Source: an uncultured Candidatus Saccharibacteria bacterium (GTDB taxonomy: Bacteria > Patescibacteriota > Doudnabacteria > UBA920). From it: a stretch of DNA of 64,000 nt. Positions 19,736 through 28,650 of the stretch are shown here, piece by piece (the stretch's first letter is position 1; the number at the start of each line of letters is the position of its first letter). Location: NCBI GenBank assembly GCA_964473815.1, contig CAYYQK010000001.1, positions 243,845 through 307,844 of the forward strand, written 5' to 3'. The notes under the pieces are model-generated. The model saw nothing but the letters and a program-made list of their open reading frames with translations, did no database searches and was not told where the DNA came from. A program made the translations under genes and the position numbers.

Positions 19736-20014
19736 CCTACTATAAGATAGCCGGCCTTGGACCTCTGGTTTCGGGATTCACTGCTCGCGTCCCATTGCAG
19801 TTGGAGCACTTATCCCCATCTTTGCAACGGGGGCAACGCACCATCCCGCCAAAAAACACGCTTCTGCTTTTCTCCTCTAAAACCAATGGTTCCGCTGGGG
19901 GGTTCGGAGCCATTCCTACACTCACCGCTAAGTCCATTTATTTATGTTCCCTTCTCCTCATTTTTCTCACATATTAAAAAGTGCCTTCTGGCACAGCGAT
20001 TATAATAACTAATT

Positions 20015-21793
20015 ATGAAGAATATGTCAACACCTAACGATTCAAACAATTTAGCAAATAAACGTCACTCCCTTGCCCACCTCTTAGCTGCAAGTGTTTT
20101 AGAGATGTATCCGGACACCAAACTGGGTATTGGTCCAGTTGTGGATAACGGTTTTTACTATGATCTTATCACTCCACAGCCAATTACTCCGGATGATTTA
20201 CCAAAATTGCAGAAGAACATGCAAAAGCTTATTAAAAGTGCCTTGGGTTTTGAACGACAAGAACTTTCTTTTGCTGATGCACGCAAATTTTTCGAAGAGC
20301 GCAATCAAACATTTAAAGTTGATCTAATTAACGATCTTGAAGCCAGTGGCGAAGTAGAAAATGTCAGTCTATATACAACTGGTTCGTTTGTAGATTTGTG
20401 CCGCGGCGGCCATATCGAAACCACTAAGGATTTAGATCCAAATTCTTTCCGACTTGATAAAATTGCTGGTGCGTACTGGCGGGGTGATGAAAAGAATCCA
20501 ATGATGACTCGCATTTACGGTTTAGCATTCAATACTGCTGATGAATTACAAAGTTTTTTGAAAATGCGTGAAGAAGCCGAGGCTCGCGATCACAAAAAGC
20601 TTGGACCAGAATTAGATTTGTTTGTCTTTTCCGATTTAGTTGGCTCAGGTTTACCACTATGGACTCCAAAAGGAACTTTAGTTCGTAACTTGCTCGACGA
20701 TTTTGTTTGGTCACTGCGCAAAGCTCACGATTACGAAAAAGTAGAGATTCCGCACATTACAAAAAAAGATTTGTACGAACGCAGTGGTCATTGGGACAAA
20801 TTCAAAGATGAGTTGTTCAGGATTACGACTCGCGAAGGTCATGAGTTTGCAATGAAACCAATGAACTGTCCGCATCACACGCAAATTTACTATCGCAAAC
20901 GCTGGAGCTACCGCGATCTTCCACAGCGTTATGCAAACACAACTATGTGTTACCGCGATGAACAATCTGGTGAACTATCTGGTTTGTCACGTGTTCGTGC
21001 TTTTGCGCAAGATGATGCGCATGTGTTCGCACGCATGTCCCAAGTCAAAGATGAATTCAATAAAATCTTTGATATTGTTGAACAGTTCTATAAAACTTTT
21101 GGTTTCGATTTGAAAGTACGTTTGTCTTTACGTGATCCAAAAGAACCAGAAAAGTATTTGGGCGAGCCGGCAAAATGGGATGAAGCCGAAAGCCTGCTCA
21201 AAGAAATTGCATCTGAACGTCAAATTGAAACTTTCGACGGCTTAGGAGAAGCAGCCTTTTATGGGCCCAAGCTCGACTTTATGGCTAACGATTCAATTGG
21301 TCGACAATGGCAAGTTGCTACTATTCAAATCGATTTCAATCAACCAGAACGATTTGATTTATTCTGTATAAACGAAAGTGGCGAACAGGAACGGATTGTC
21401 ATGATCCACGCAGCGATCATGGGTTCACTTGAACGCTTCTTGTCGATATTCATAGAACATACCGCAGGACAATTCCCTGTTTGGTTAGCGCCAGTGCAAG
21501 CAATTGTGGTTCCAGTGTCAGAAAAGCAAAATAGTTATGCAGAAGAAGTAGTTAAAACTTTACGCGAACAAATTTCTGGCTTGCGTATTGAAGTCGATTT
21601 GCGAAGTGAATCAATGGGTAAAAGAATTCGCGAAGCTGCGAAACAAAAAGTTCCTTATATTTTAGTCGTGGGTGATAAGGAAATTCAAGCCAAGGCCGTA
21701 GCTGTGCGTGGCCGCAATGATGAAGACCTGGGCGCAATTGCTGTAAGCGAATTTGCACAGCGACTACAAACAGAAATCTCTGACAAGAAATAA
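20015..21793 (+). CDS. thrS: Threonyl-tRNA synthetase (lacks N-terminal TGS domain)
   Basis: HSLAHLLA editing-domain His pair, class II core motifs (HRKLGPELDLF, FRITTREGHEFAMKPMNCPHH). Confidence 0.95.
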   Translation: MKNMSTPNDSNNLANKRHSLAHLLAASVLEMYPDTKLGIGPVVDNGFYYDLITPQPITPDDLPKLQKNMQKLIKSALGFERQELSFADARKFFEERNQTFKVDLINDLEASGEVENVSLYTTGSFVDLCRGGHIETTKDLDPNSFRLDKIAGAYWRGDEKNPMMTRIYGLAFNTADELQSFLKMREEAEARDHKKLGPELDLFVFSDLVGSGLPLWTPKGTLVRNLLDDFVWSLRKAHDYEKVEIPHITKKDLYERSGHWDKFKDELFRITTREGHEFAMKPMNCPHHTQIYYRKRWSYRDLPQRYANTTMCYRDEQSGELSGLSRVRAFAQDDAHVFARMSQVKDEFNKIFDIVEQFYKTFGFDLKVRLSLRDPKEPEKYLGEPAKWDEAESLLKEIASERQIETFDGLGEAAFYGPKLDFMANDSIGRQWQVATIQIDFNQPERFDLFCINESGEQERIVMIHAAIMGSLERFLSIFIEHTAGQFPVWLAPVQAIVVPVSEKQNSYAEEVVKTLREQISGLRIEVDLRSESMGKRIREAAKQKVPYILVVGDKEIQAKAVAVRGRNDEDLGAIAVSEFAQRLQTEISDKK

Positions 21794-21821
21794 AGAAAAA
21801 ATAAATTAAATAGGCAAAACA

Positions 21822-21858
21822 AAACCGCAATCACATACTACGTGACTGCGGTTTTTTG
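21822..21858. terminator. Intrinsic terminator after thrS
   Basis: CCGCAATCAC/GTGACTGCGG stem with one mismatch, then TTTTTT. Confidence 0.6.
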
Positions 21859-21876
21859 AAATGGCTAGTGGGAGAG

Positions 21877-22659
21877 TTATTTGATCTTGATGTTAAGACC
21901 TAATACTGGGCTAACATAGAACCCTCTCTCGGTTTTGCCGAAAATAGGAACTGAGCTGTCGAAACCAACAAAGATCGTAAACCGATTGTTCAACTTCTTT
22001 TGAATGGTCAATCCAGTGTGGTTGATACCTACGACTTGATTCTTGGGACCATAACCGTAAATATTGTTGTCGAGACTGATCCCTTGTTTCAGCTTGAGAC
22101 TGAAAGTTTTGAATTCTTTCTCAACTTCGATACTGTGGACAGTAAACCAGCCTCCGGGGACGGACCGATCATTTGTTTGAATCGCACCGACTGTCCCGAT
22201 GTAGGAAACCTTAACTTTACGATCTGTGAATACGTGGCCATAGTCCAGACGTTCGTTGGTAACGTGCAAGTTTGGCACTCGCCAGTCGCCGGCGGTTAAA
22301 GTCAGATTGTTCTTTTCATCAAACTGAACGCCCAAGTAGGGGTCGACTTGGAATTCCGAGCCGTCACCTATCCGACCGTTGGCCTGAGTTGATGTCCAGA
22401 GGTAAACACCAATGGTATATTTCCCGCGCGTGCAATTTACATCGAACCCCGTGGTGAAGGTGGGCTTCGAGTAATATCGTGCCCCAAGGTCTTCGTCCAG
22501 GTATGACCCATGGAATCCGACATCAGCTGTCGCCGATACCGGACACTTACCAGGCGAAGGCTTCGGATCAGGTGCCACGATCACTGTGTTGTTCTGAGCA
22601 TGTGTGGAAACAAAAAACAAAAACAAAACTGCGACTACCAAAAGCATTTTTTTAGCCAT
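21877..22659 (-). CDS. Secreted protein, unknown function (signal peptide)
   Basis: N-terminal MAKKMLLVVAVLFLFFVSTHAQ signal peptide. Confidence 0.55.
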   Translation of the reverse strand: MAKKMLLVVAVLFLFFVSTHAQNNTVIVAPDPKPSPGKCPVSATADVGFHGSYLDEDLGARYYSKPTFTTGFDVNCTRGKYTIGVYLWTSTQANGRIGDGSEFQVDPYLGVQFDEKNNLTLTAGDWRVPNLHVTNERLDYGHVFTDRKVKVSYIGTVGAIQTNDRSVPGGWFTVHSIEVEKEFKTFSLKLKQGISLDNNIYGYGPKNQVVGINHTGLTIQKKLNNRFTIFVGFDSSVPIFGKTERGFYVSPVLGLNIKIK

Positions 22660-22720
22660 TTCTATTTCTCCTCGTAATCAGATTTGCCAAATTATATCAC
22701 AGGAACCCTGTTTTGTCAAC

Positions 22721-22750
22721 GAAAAAGCACTGCTTTTGAGCAGTGCTTAA
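22721..22750. terminator. Intrinsic terminator (AGCACTGC-TTTTGA-GCAGTGCT)
   Basis: Flanked by A-run and T-run. Downstream of the 22775..23017 gene. Confidence 0.55.
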
Positions 22751-22774
22751 TTTAAGCTTTTTGTGATAAGGAAA

Positions 22775-23017
22775 TTAATTCAGGACCTTGCAAGGATTTG
22801 CTGATGACGTCCCACAAGGCGTAAATCCACGATTAACATTTGGTGTATTTTTATAATGATCATATAAATCACCTTCTCCGGGTTGGATATTCCTATATGG
22901 ATTCGCTAAATATAATAAATAAAACCAAAGAAGTATTGCTGCCGCTACAACTACCATACAAGCCAAAACAATTAGTACCATGCGCCCATTTTTGGAAAGT
23001 GGTTTTTTACCAATCAT
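22775..23017 (-). CDS. Small membrane protein (80 aa)
   Basis: One long hydrophobic helix. Confidence 0.4.
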   Translation of the reverse strand: MIGKKPLSKNGRMVLIVLACMVVVAAAILLWFYLLYLANPYRNIQPGEGDLYDHYKNTPNVNRGFTPCGTSSANPCKVLN

Positions 23018-23027
23018 AGAATATGAC

Positions 23028-23786
23028 TTAAGTTAAAATTCTGACGCCGTTTTTTGTAACTGCAATTGTATGTTCAAAATGAGCAGCTAGGCCACCGTCA
23101 TGAGTGCGAATCGTCCAGCCATCGTGATCAAAAAATACGCGACCCTTAAACTGACAAACCATCGGTTCGATTGCAAGAACCATATCTTCTACCAACTCAA
23201 TTCCCTTTCCTGGTTTGCCGTAACATGGTACGGCCGGGTCTTCGTGAACTGCATAGCCGACGCCATGACCCACCAAATCGCGGACAACACTAAAACCCGC
23301 AGTTTCAACTGCGGTCTGAATCGCGTGACCAATATCACCAATGTGGTTACCAGGCTTAACTTGCTTTAAAGCTAGATCCAAAGATTCCTTAGTAACTTTA
23401 ATCAAACGATTAGCAACAGTTGAAATTTTTCCAACGCCAATTGTAATCGCAGTATCGGTATAAAGTTTTTTATATTCCATCCCGATGTCGAGACCTATGA
23501 TATCACCTTCTTCTAAGACATCAGTCTTAGAAGGAATTCCATGGACAATGACATCATTTATGGAAGTGCAAAGACCGGCGGGAAATTGATTGTGCTTATC
23601 ACCGTAACCAATAAAACTTGGTCTAGCGCCAACCTTGCGCATTTCTTTCTGAGCAAACTCGTTTAATTCCCATGTCGAAACTCCGGGCTTAGCCAGCTCG
23701 GCAGTTCGATGCAAAATATCTCGCAAGATTTTACCACCCTCGCCTATCGCATCAATCTCTTCTTTGGTTTTCGTGTACTTCTTCAT
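23028..23786 (-). CDS. map: Methionine aminopeptidase type I
   Basis: Metal-ligand motifs including GHGVGYAVHEDP and FIGYGDKHNQFPAGLCTSINDVIVHGIPS. Confidence 0.9.
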   Translation of the reverse strand: MKKYTKTKEEIDAIGEGGKILRDILHRTAELAKPGVSTWELNEFAQKEMRKVGARPSFIGYGDKHNQFPAGLCTSINDVIVHGIPSKTDVLEEGDIIGLDIGMEYKKLYTDTAITIGVGKISTVANRLIKVTKESLDLALKQVKPGNHIGDIGHAIQTAVETAGFSVVRDLVGHGVGYAVHEDPAVPCYGKPGKGIELVEDMVLAIEPMVCQFKGRVFFDHDGWTIRTHDGGLAAHFEHTIAVTKNGVRILT

Positions 23787-23796
23787 CTATGAATTA

Positions 23797-24417
23797 CTAT
23801 TTAAGCTTGCCTTCTAAAAAATCATTGATAATATTTTGGATGTGTTTGCGAACTTCAGCCCGCGAGCCCATGCCGTCAATAGTTTTATAAGCGTAAACAG
23901 ATTTAAAAAAAGTTACAACCTCAGTAATATTTTTTCTATAATACTTAGCGCGGTTTTTTAACCCAGCAGTACTATCATCGGCGCGCTTATTAAATTTAGT
24001 GCGATAGTAACCTTTGCGTTTTTGAATACGCTTAATTACTTCGCTTGTAGGGATTTTAATATAAAGCACTAACGGGTCGGTGCGCTTTTTAGTTTTCAAA
24101 AGACGAGCAACAATTTTTGCTTCGCCCAACATTTTTGGATGACCATCAAACAAAATCCCTTTATTTAAAGGTGTTTTTAAAATTGTATCCTTGTTAAGTT
24201 GTCGAACAATTTTGGTGGGAGTTAAAATTCCTCGATCACCAGTTTGAGCTTGAATCTTATCAAAACTTTTATTTTTTTCACGCAGCAATGTTAACTCCCG
24301 ACCCATATCGTAGTCGAGCATTTTATATTTCTTAGCGACATAAGCAGCTTGTGTAGCTTTGCCTGCACCTGGATCACCAAGAATTATTAAGTTAAACGGT
24401 TGCACACGCTTTGGCAT
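23797..24417 (-). CDS. Divergent adenylate kinase paralog (NMP kinase-like)
   Basis: GDPGAGKATQ P-loop, DGHPK in place of DGFPR, Adk-like LID/CORE spacing. Shares 1 nt (stop/start) with the upstream adk. Confidence 0.6.
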   Translation of the reverse strand: MPKRVQPFNLIILGDPGAGKATQAAYVAKKYKMLDYDMGRELTLLREKNKSFDKIQAQTGDRGILTPTKIVRQLNKDTILKTPLNKGILFDGHPKMLGEAKIVARLLKTKKRTDPLVLYIKIPTSEVIKRIQKRKGYYRTKFNKRADDSTAGLKNRAKYYRKNITEVVTFFKSVYAYKTIDGMGSRAEVRKHIQNIINDFLEGKLK

Positions 24418-25007
24418 TATTCTGCTTCTACTCCTATTGCATTATCAATGCGCTCTTTAACCTGTTCTATTGTACCAACTCCATCGATAGTAAATAGTTC
24501 GCCAATTCCCTGTAAAAATTTTAATACTGGTTTAGTTTCAGTGTCGTAAAGTTCAAGACGGAAACGAATTTTATCAGGAGTGTCATCTACGCGAAATTCG
24601 TGGTGAGCCCGTTCGAGTAAGCGTTTAACTGATTCTTCTTTTGGCACATCAATATGAACAGTTGCGAATTGAGTGTAACCGTTCTGCTGGAGATAGCTCA
24701 CCAAATGCAAACCTTGCGGTACTGTGCGCGGCACACCGTCAAATAAAATACGTTTGTGCTTAATGACCTCAGGAAGTTCAGTATTCAGAACCCGAAAAAG
24801 TTCTTGGTCTTCAAGCAAACGGCCATTATCGATTAAATCTTTCACTTTACGGCCGAATGGCGTATCTTTTTTAGCTTCTTCGCGCAAAATTGCGCCCATT
24901 TCCCAATAAAAATAGCCCAAGCGCTCAGCCAAAACTTTGCCTTGGGTTCCTTTACCGGAACCTTGCGGTCCGATCATAAAAATTGCATCAAATTTTGGTA
25001 TTTCCAT
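24417..25007 (-). CDS. adk: Adenylate kinase (short, no zinc LID)
   Basis: GPQGSGKGTQ, DGVPRTVPQG, RVDDTPDKIRFRL motifs. Start placed at MEIPKF; the track ORF extends to 25034. Confidence 0.85.
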   Translation of the reverse strand: MEIPKFDAIFMIGPQGSGKGTQGKVLAERLGYFYWEMGAILREEAKKDTPFGRKVKDLIDNGRLLEDQELFRVLNTELPEVIKHKRILFDGVPRTVPQGLHLVSYLQQNGYTQFATVHIDVPKEESVKRLLERAHHEFRVDDTPDKIRFRLELYDTETKPVLKFLQGIGELFTIDGVGTIEQVKERIDNAIGVEAE

Positions 25008-25192
25008 CTGCCTTAAGTATACGATTTTCAGCACATTTACGCAAATTTGTGTTATAATTTAGATATCTTGAAAATGTCTTCGCACGCGGATACACTCTGT
25101 CTCGTTCAGTCTCCCAGACTGAACGCGCGCGTTCGCCAATGATCCGCTTAGCGAAATACATTTTCAATAATCTATAGAGATAAAAACAAAAA

Positions 25193-26914
25193 ATGAATCA
25201 GATGTTTCTGGAATTAACCGGCATTTTAATTGCCGCGGCTGTGCTGGCTTACGTTCTGCACTTTTTAAAGCAGCCCAGCATTATCGCCTATATCATTACA
25301 GGTTTGATGATTGGCCCTTTTGCAATTTACAATTTTCAGCACACTGACATTCTGCACGGTCTGTCCGAAGTTGGAATTACTTTGTTGTTGTTCATGATAG
25401 GTTTGGACCTAGATGTCTCGCAGCTTAAACGCATCGGGAAAACCGCGGTGTTTGCTGGAATTGGCCAGGTGATTTTCACAACTCTAGCAGGGTTTGTTTT
25501 GGTGACCATGCTCGGCTTTAGTTTTATGTCGGCAATATATATTTCTTTGGCCCTTACTTTTTCTTCGACAATCATTGTTGTAAAATTGCTTTCCGAAAAA
25601 AAGGATATGCAAAGTTTGTATGGCAAACTCGCAGTCGGAATTTTTTTGGTACAGGACATTGCTGCAATTTTTATTTTGATTTTGATCAGCAGCTTAACCA
25701 GTTCTGGCGAAGCTAATCTTGCTGGCGGCGGGCCAATTGCAAATATCATCGTTGCATTGGGTAAGGCGTTCATAATAGGCATGATAGTGGCCGCCATTAG
25801 CCGCACCATTTTCCCTAAACTATTAAAAAGTTTGGTGAAGTCTGATGAGTTAACTTTATTATTTTCGCTCGCATGGGCGTTAGGACTAGGGGCATTATTC
25901 AGCTCACCAATAATTGGATTCAACGCCGCGATTGGCGGTTTTATTGCTGGACTGGCCCTTGCCAACACCGGCGCACACTATCAAATTAGCGGCCGAGTTA
26001 AGCCTTTGCGAGACTTTTTTATTATCATCTTTTTCATCGTTCTCGGATCACAACTGGTCTTTAGCCATATTCATGATGCGATTTGGCCAGCATTAATTTT
26101 AACTGGGTTTGTTTTGATCGGTAATCCGTTGATTGTCACAATTATTTTAGGAGTCCAGGGATATAAATTGCGAACTTCGTTTATGGCCGGCGTAACTGTG
26201 GCACAAGTTTCTGAGTTTAGTCTAATTTTGATGTCATTAGGACTGGCGGCTGGCCATGTTAGCGAAACTGATGTCACGGTTGTAACTTTAGTAGGAATCA
26301 TCACAATTAGCATGTCATCATATGGAATTCTTTACTCTAGTAAATTGTATGAAAAATTGATTAGTCACCTAGCTGTGTTTTTTGAAGGACGCAACAATGG
26401 TAGCCGTGAAAAATCTCTCGGTGACGTAATTCTTAAACGTCACATTGTAATTGTTGGTGCGCACAGGCTTGGTGAACACATTGCGCATACTTTATTAAAG
26501 CAAAAAGAACAAATTGTTGTTGTAGATTTTAATCCTGATGTAGTGAGTCATTTTAGCGAGCACGGGATTTTAGCAATTCTGGGTGATATTTCTGATCCAT
26601 ATATTCAAGAGGTTGCGCGCCTGTCTGATGCACGGATGGTAATCTGCTCTATCCCCGACTATAGTGATACTTTGGCACTGCTCGAAGCCATTCATCATAA
26701 CTTACATAAACGTCCGAAAGTCATTGTTGCAGCAAGTGACGAAAGTGAAGCTTTGCAACTGTACGAAAAAGGTGCTGGATATGTCTTACTCCCTCACTTT
26801 GTGGGAAGCCAGCATTTAGCCCATGTGGTTGAACAAAGTGTGGAAAATCGAGGGTTGAGCAAGCTTCGCGAAAAGCATCTGAAGGCATTGCGCCGCGCTT
26901 TGGAAGTAGTGTAG
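25193..26914 (+). CDS. Kef-type cation/proton antiporter (CPA2) with C-terminal TrkA-N (RCK) domain
   Basis: About 12 TM helices followed by the Rossmann motif IVIVGAHRLGEHIA...VVVDFNPD. Confidence 0.8.
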   Translation: MNQMFLELTGILIAAAVLAYVLHFLKQPSIIAYIITGLMIGPFAIYNFQHTDILHGLSEVGITLLLFMIGLDLDVSQLKRIGKTAVFAGIGQVIFTTLAGFVLVTMLGFSFMSAIYISLALTFSSTIIVVKLLSEKKDMQSLYGKLAVGIFLVQDIAAIFILILISSLTSSGEANLAGGGPIANIIVALGKAFIIGMIVAAISRTIFPKLLKSLVKSDELTLLFSLAWALGLGALFSSPIIGFNAAIGGFIAGLALANTGAHYQISGRVKPLRDFFIIIFFIVLGSQLVFSHIHDAIWPALILTGFVLIGNPLIVTIILGVQGYKLRTSFMAGVTVAQVSEFSLILMSLGLAAGHVSETDVTVVTLVGIITISMSSYGILYSSKLYEKLISHLAVFFEGRNNGSREKSLGDVILKRHIVIVGAHRLGEHIAHTLLKQKEQIVVVDFNPDVVSHFSEHGILAILGDISDPYIQEVARLSDARMVICSIPDYSDTLALLEAIHHNLHKRPKVIVAASDESEALQLYEKGAGYVLLPHFVGSQHLAHVVEQSVENRGLSKLREKHLKALRRALEVV

Positions 26915-26923
26915 AATCTGTCT

Positions 26924-28249
26924 ATGAATGAATTGAACCTCTACAACACTTTGACTCGGAAAATCGAGAAGGTTTGGCCTGTTGATGGCAAAACCATTCA
27001 TCTCTATACTTGTGGGCCGACTGTCTATAATTATGTTCACATTGGCAATTTGCGTTCGTACATTGCTGCGGATTTGTTATACCGCACTTTAATTTTCGAC
27101 GGTTACAATGTGCAATATGTGATGAATATTACTGATGTTGATGATAAAACTATCCGCGGCACAATTGAAGAATTTGGTGAAAACGCTTCTGTAGAAAATT
27201 TACACGAATACACTTCGCGTTTTTTGGATGCATTCTTGGAAGACTTAAAAGCTGTGAATATTGATGTGGCTAACATAAAGTTAATTCGAGTGTCGGAAGT
27301 CATTCCCCAAATTCAAGAATTTATTTTGCAATTGATTGAAAAAGGTTACGCTTACCACACTGATGACGGCGTCTACTTTAGCATTAAAAAATACCAAGCG
27401 GATTTTCATGACTATGGCGCGTTGGTCGGGGAAAAGTTTCTCGAGGGAAAAAAGATTGGCGCTCGGGTTGCTGTTGATGAATATGACAAAGATGATCTTT
27501 CAGATTTTGCGTTATGGAAAAAACATTCTGAAGAAGATGGTCAAATTTTTTGGGATCACGAAGTGCTTGGTAAAGGCCGCCCGGGTTGGCACATTGAATG
27601 TTCAGTTATAAATAAAGTTGGTTTTGGGGATAGTGTAATTGATATTCACACTGGCGGCGTTGATTTGATTTTTCCTCATCACACAAATGAAATTGCTCAG
27701 TCACAACCTTTGGGACCATTTGTGAAGCATTGGATGCATGCAGAACATTTGCAAGTCAACGACGAAAAAATGGCAAAGTCAAAACAAAATTTTTACACTT
27801 TGCGGGACATAGAAGAAAAAGGTTTTTCTGGTTTAGATTTGCGCTATCTATATTTACAAAGTCATTACAAAACTCAAAGTAATTTTTCTTGGAAAAGTTT
27901 AGAAGCAGCGCACTCAGCGCTAAGCAAGCTAAAAAGTTTTGATTCCAGCGGCGCCACAGCCAGCGAAGAATTTAAATCCAGCCTAAACAATGATTTAAAT
28001 TTGCCCAAAGCTTTAGCAGCAGCTTGGGAAGATAAAGAAAATTTGCAAAAGTATGATGAAGTACTGGGATTGCGATTAGGTGAAAAGGTTGAAGTCGAAG
28101 TTTCAGAAGAAGTCCAAAAACTTCTGGACGAACGACAAGCTGCTCGCAACGACAAAGACTTCGCTCGCTCCGACGAACTCCGCGATGAAATCGCCAAACA
28201 TGGCTTCGAAGTCAAAGATACCAGCGAGGGACAAAAAATCAGTAAATAA
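26924..28249 (+). CDS. cysS: Cysteinyl-tRNA synthetase
   Basis: HIGN (HIGH), KMAKS (KMSKS), GWHIECS zinc motif. Confidence 0.9.
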   Translation: MNELNLYNTLTRKIEKVWPVDGKTIHLYTCGPTVYNYVHIGNLRSYIAADLLYRTLIFDGYNVQYVMNITDVDDKTIRGTIEEFGENASVENLHEYTSRFLDAFLEDLKAVNIDVANIKLIRVSEVIPQIQEFILQLIEKGYAYHTDDGVYFSIKKYQADFHDYGALVGEKFLEGKKIGARVAVDEYDKDDLSDFALWKKHSEEDGQIFWDHEVLGKGRPGWHIECSVINKVGFGDSVIDIHTGGVDLIFPHHTNEIAQSQPLGPFVKHWMHAEHLQVNDEKMAKSKQNFYTLRDIEEKGFSGLDLRYLYLQSHYKTQSNFSWKSLEAAHSALSKLKSFDSSGATASEEFKSSLNNDLNLPKALAAAWEDKENLQKYDEVLGLRLGEKVEVEVSEEVQKLLDERQAARNDKDFARSDELRDEIAKHGFEVKDTSEGQKISK

Positions 28250-28251
28250 AA

Positions 28252-28280
28252 AAGAGGCCCAAAAAGCAGGGTCTCTTTTG
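28252..28280 (+). terminator. Intrinsic terminator after cysS
   Basis: GAGGCCC-AAAAAGCA-GGGTCTC then TTTT. Confidence 0.6.
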
Positions 28281-28319
28281 AGAACATCAGTCACATCTTA
28301 AGCGGCTAGGTGTGTAATC

Positions 28320-28514
28320 CTAGGAAAAGCCTTTCTTGTCGTGAGGGTGTGTGTTTCGCTCCACGCGCTCGCGGTCGATGTTTGCCAAATTGGCTTCGAC
28401 GTACTCTTCTTCTATGCGCCGCTGTTGCGAGATCCAGTTGAAGTACTGGTCGCCCCAATCTTCACGCCTAAGAACACTCTTGGGCATAGTGTAAAATTGA
28501 TAATTTTTTGCCAC
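28320..28514 (-). CDS. Small hypothetical protein (64 aa, GTG start)
   Basis: RBS AAGGAG upstream of GTG. No motif. Confidence 0.35.
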   Translation of the reverse strand: MAKNYQFYTMPKSVLRREDWGDQYFNWISQQRRIEEEYVEANLANIDRERVERNTHPHDKKGFS

Positions 28515-28650
28515 GAATTTACTCCTTAAGATTGTCTAAAATTTTACCAATTATAGGTATTTTCATCTCTTTAGTCAATTCTCCCTCACTCGACCAAATT
28601 CTGCTACAATAGATAGACCAGGTGCGGAAAAACAATAGAAACCAAGCAAA

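Noticed and set aside
19740-19937. 65-aa minus-strand ORF with CPRC...CSNC zinc-ribbon-like pairs
   Set aside because: It lies in an unusually GC-rich, hairpin-dense stretch and I saw no convincing ribosome-binding site, so it more likely reflects RNA structure than coding. It cannot be fully excluded.
19880-20014. T-box riboswitch upstream of thrS
   Set aside because: The best T-box-like string is TGGTTCCGCTG, which has two mismatches. Its variable base U cannot pair with the U discriminator of both tRNA-Thr genes in this window. No antiterminator/terminator pair follows.
25096-25125. 10-bp stem / 3-nt loop hairpin CGTTCAGTCT-CCC-AGACTGAACG in the adk/kef divergent region
   Set aside because: There is no flanking T-run and no obvious partner motif. 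It is probably an incidental or mRNA 5' structure and too little to call a regulatory site.
25336-25968. 210-aa minus-strand ORF
   Set aside because: It is antisense to the Kef antiporter gene. It is an alanine/proline-rich mirror of the membrane helices.
27874-28287. 137-aa minus-strand ORF
   Set aside because: It is antisense to the cysS 3' end and is Ser-rich low-complexity.
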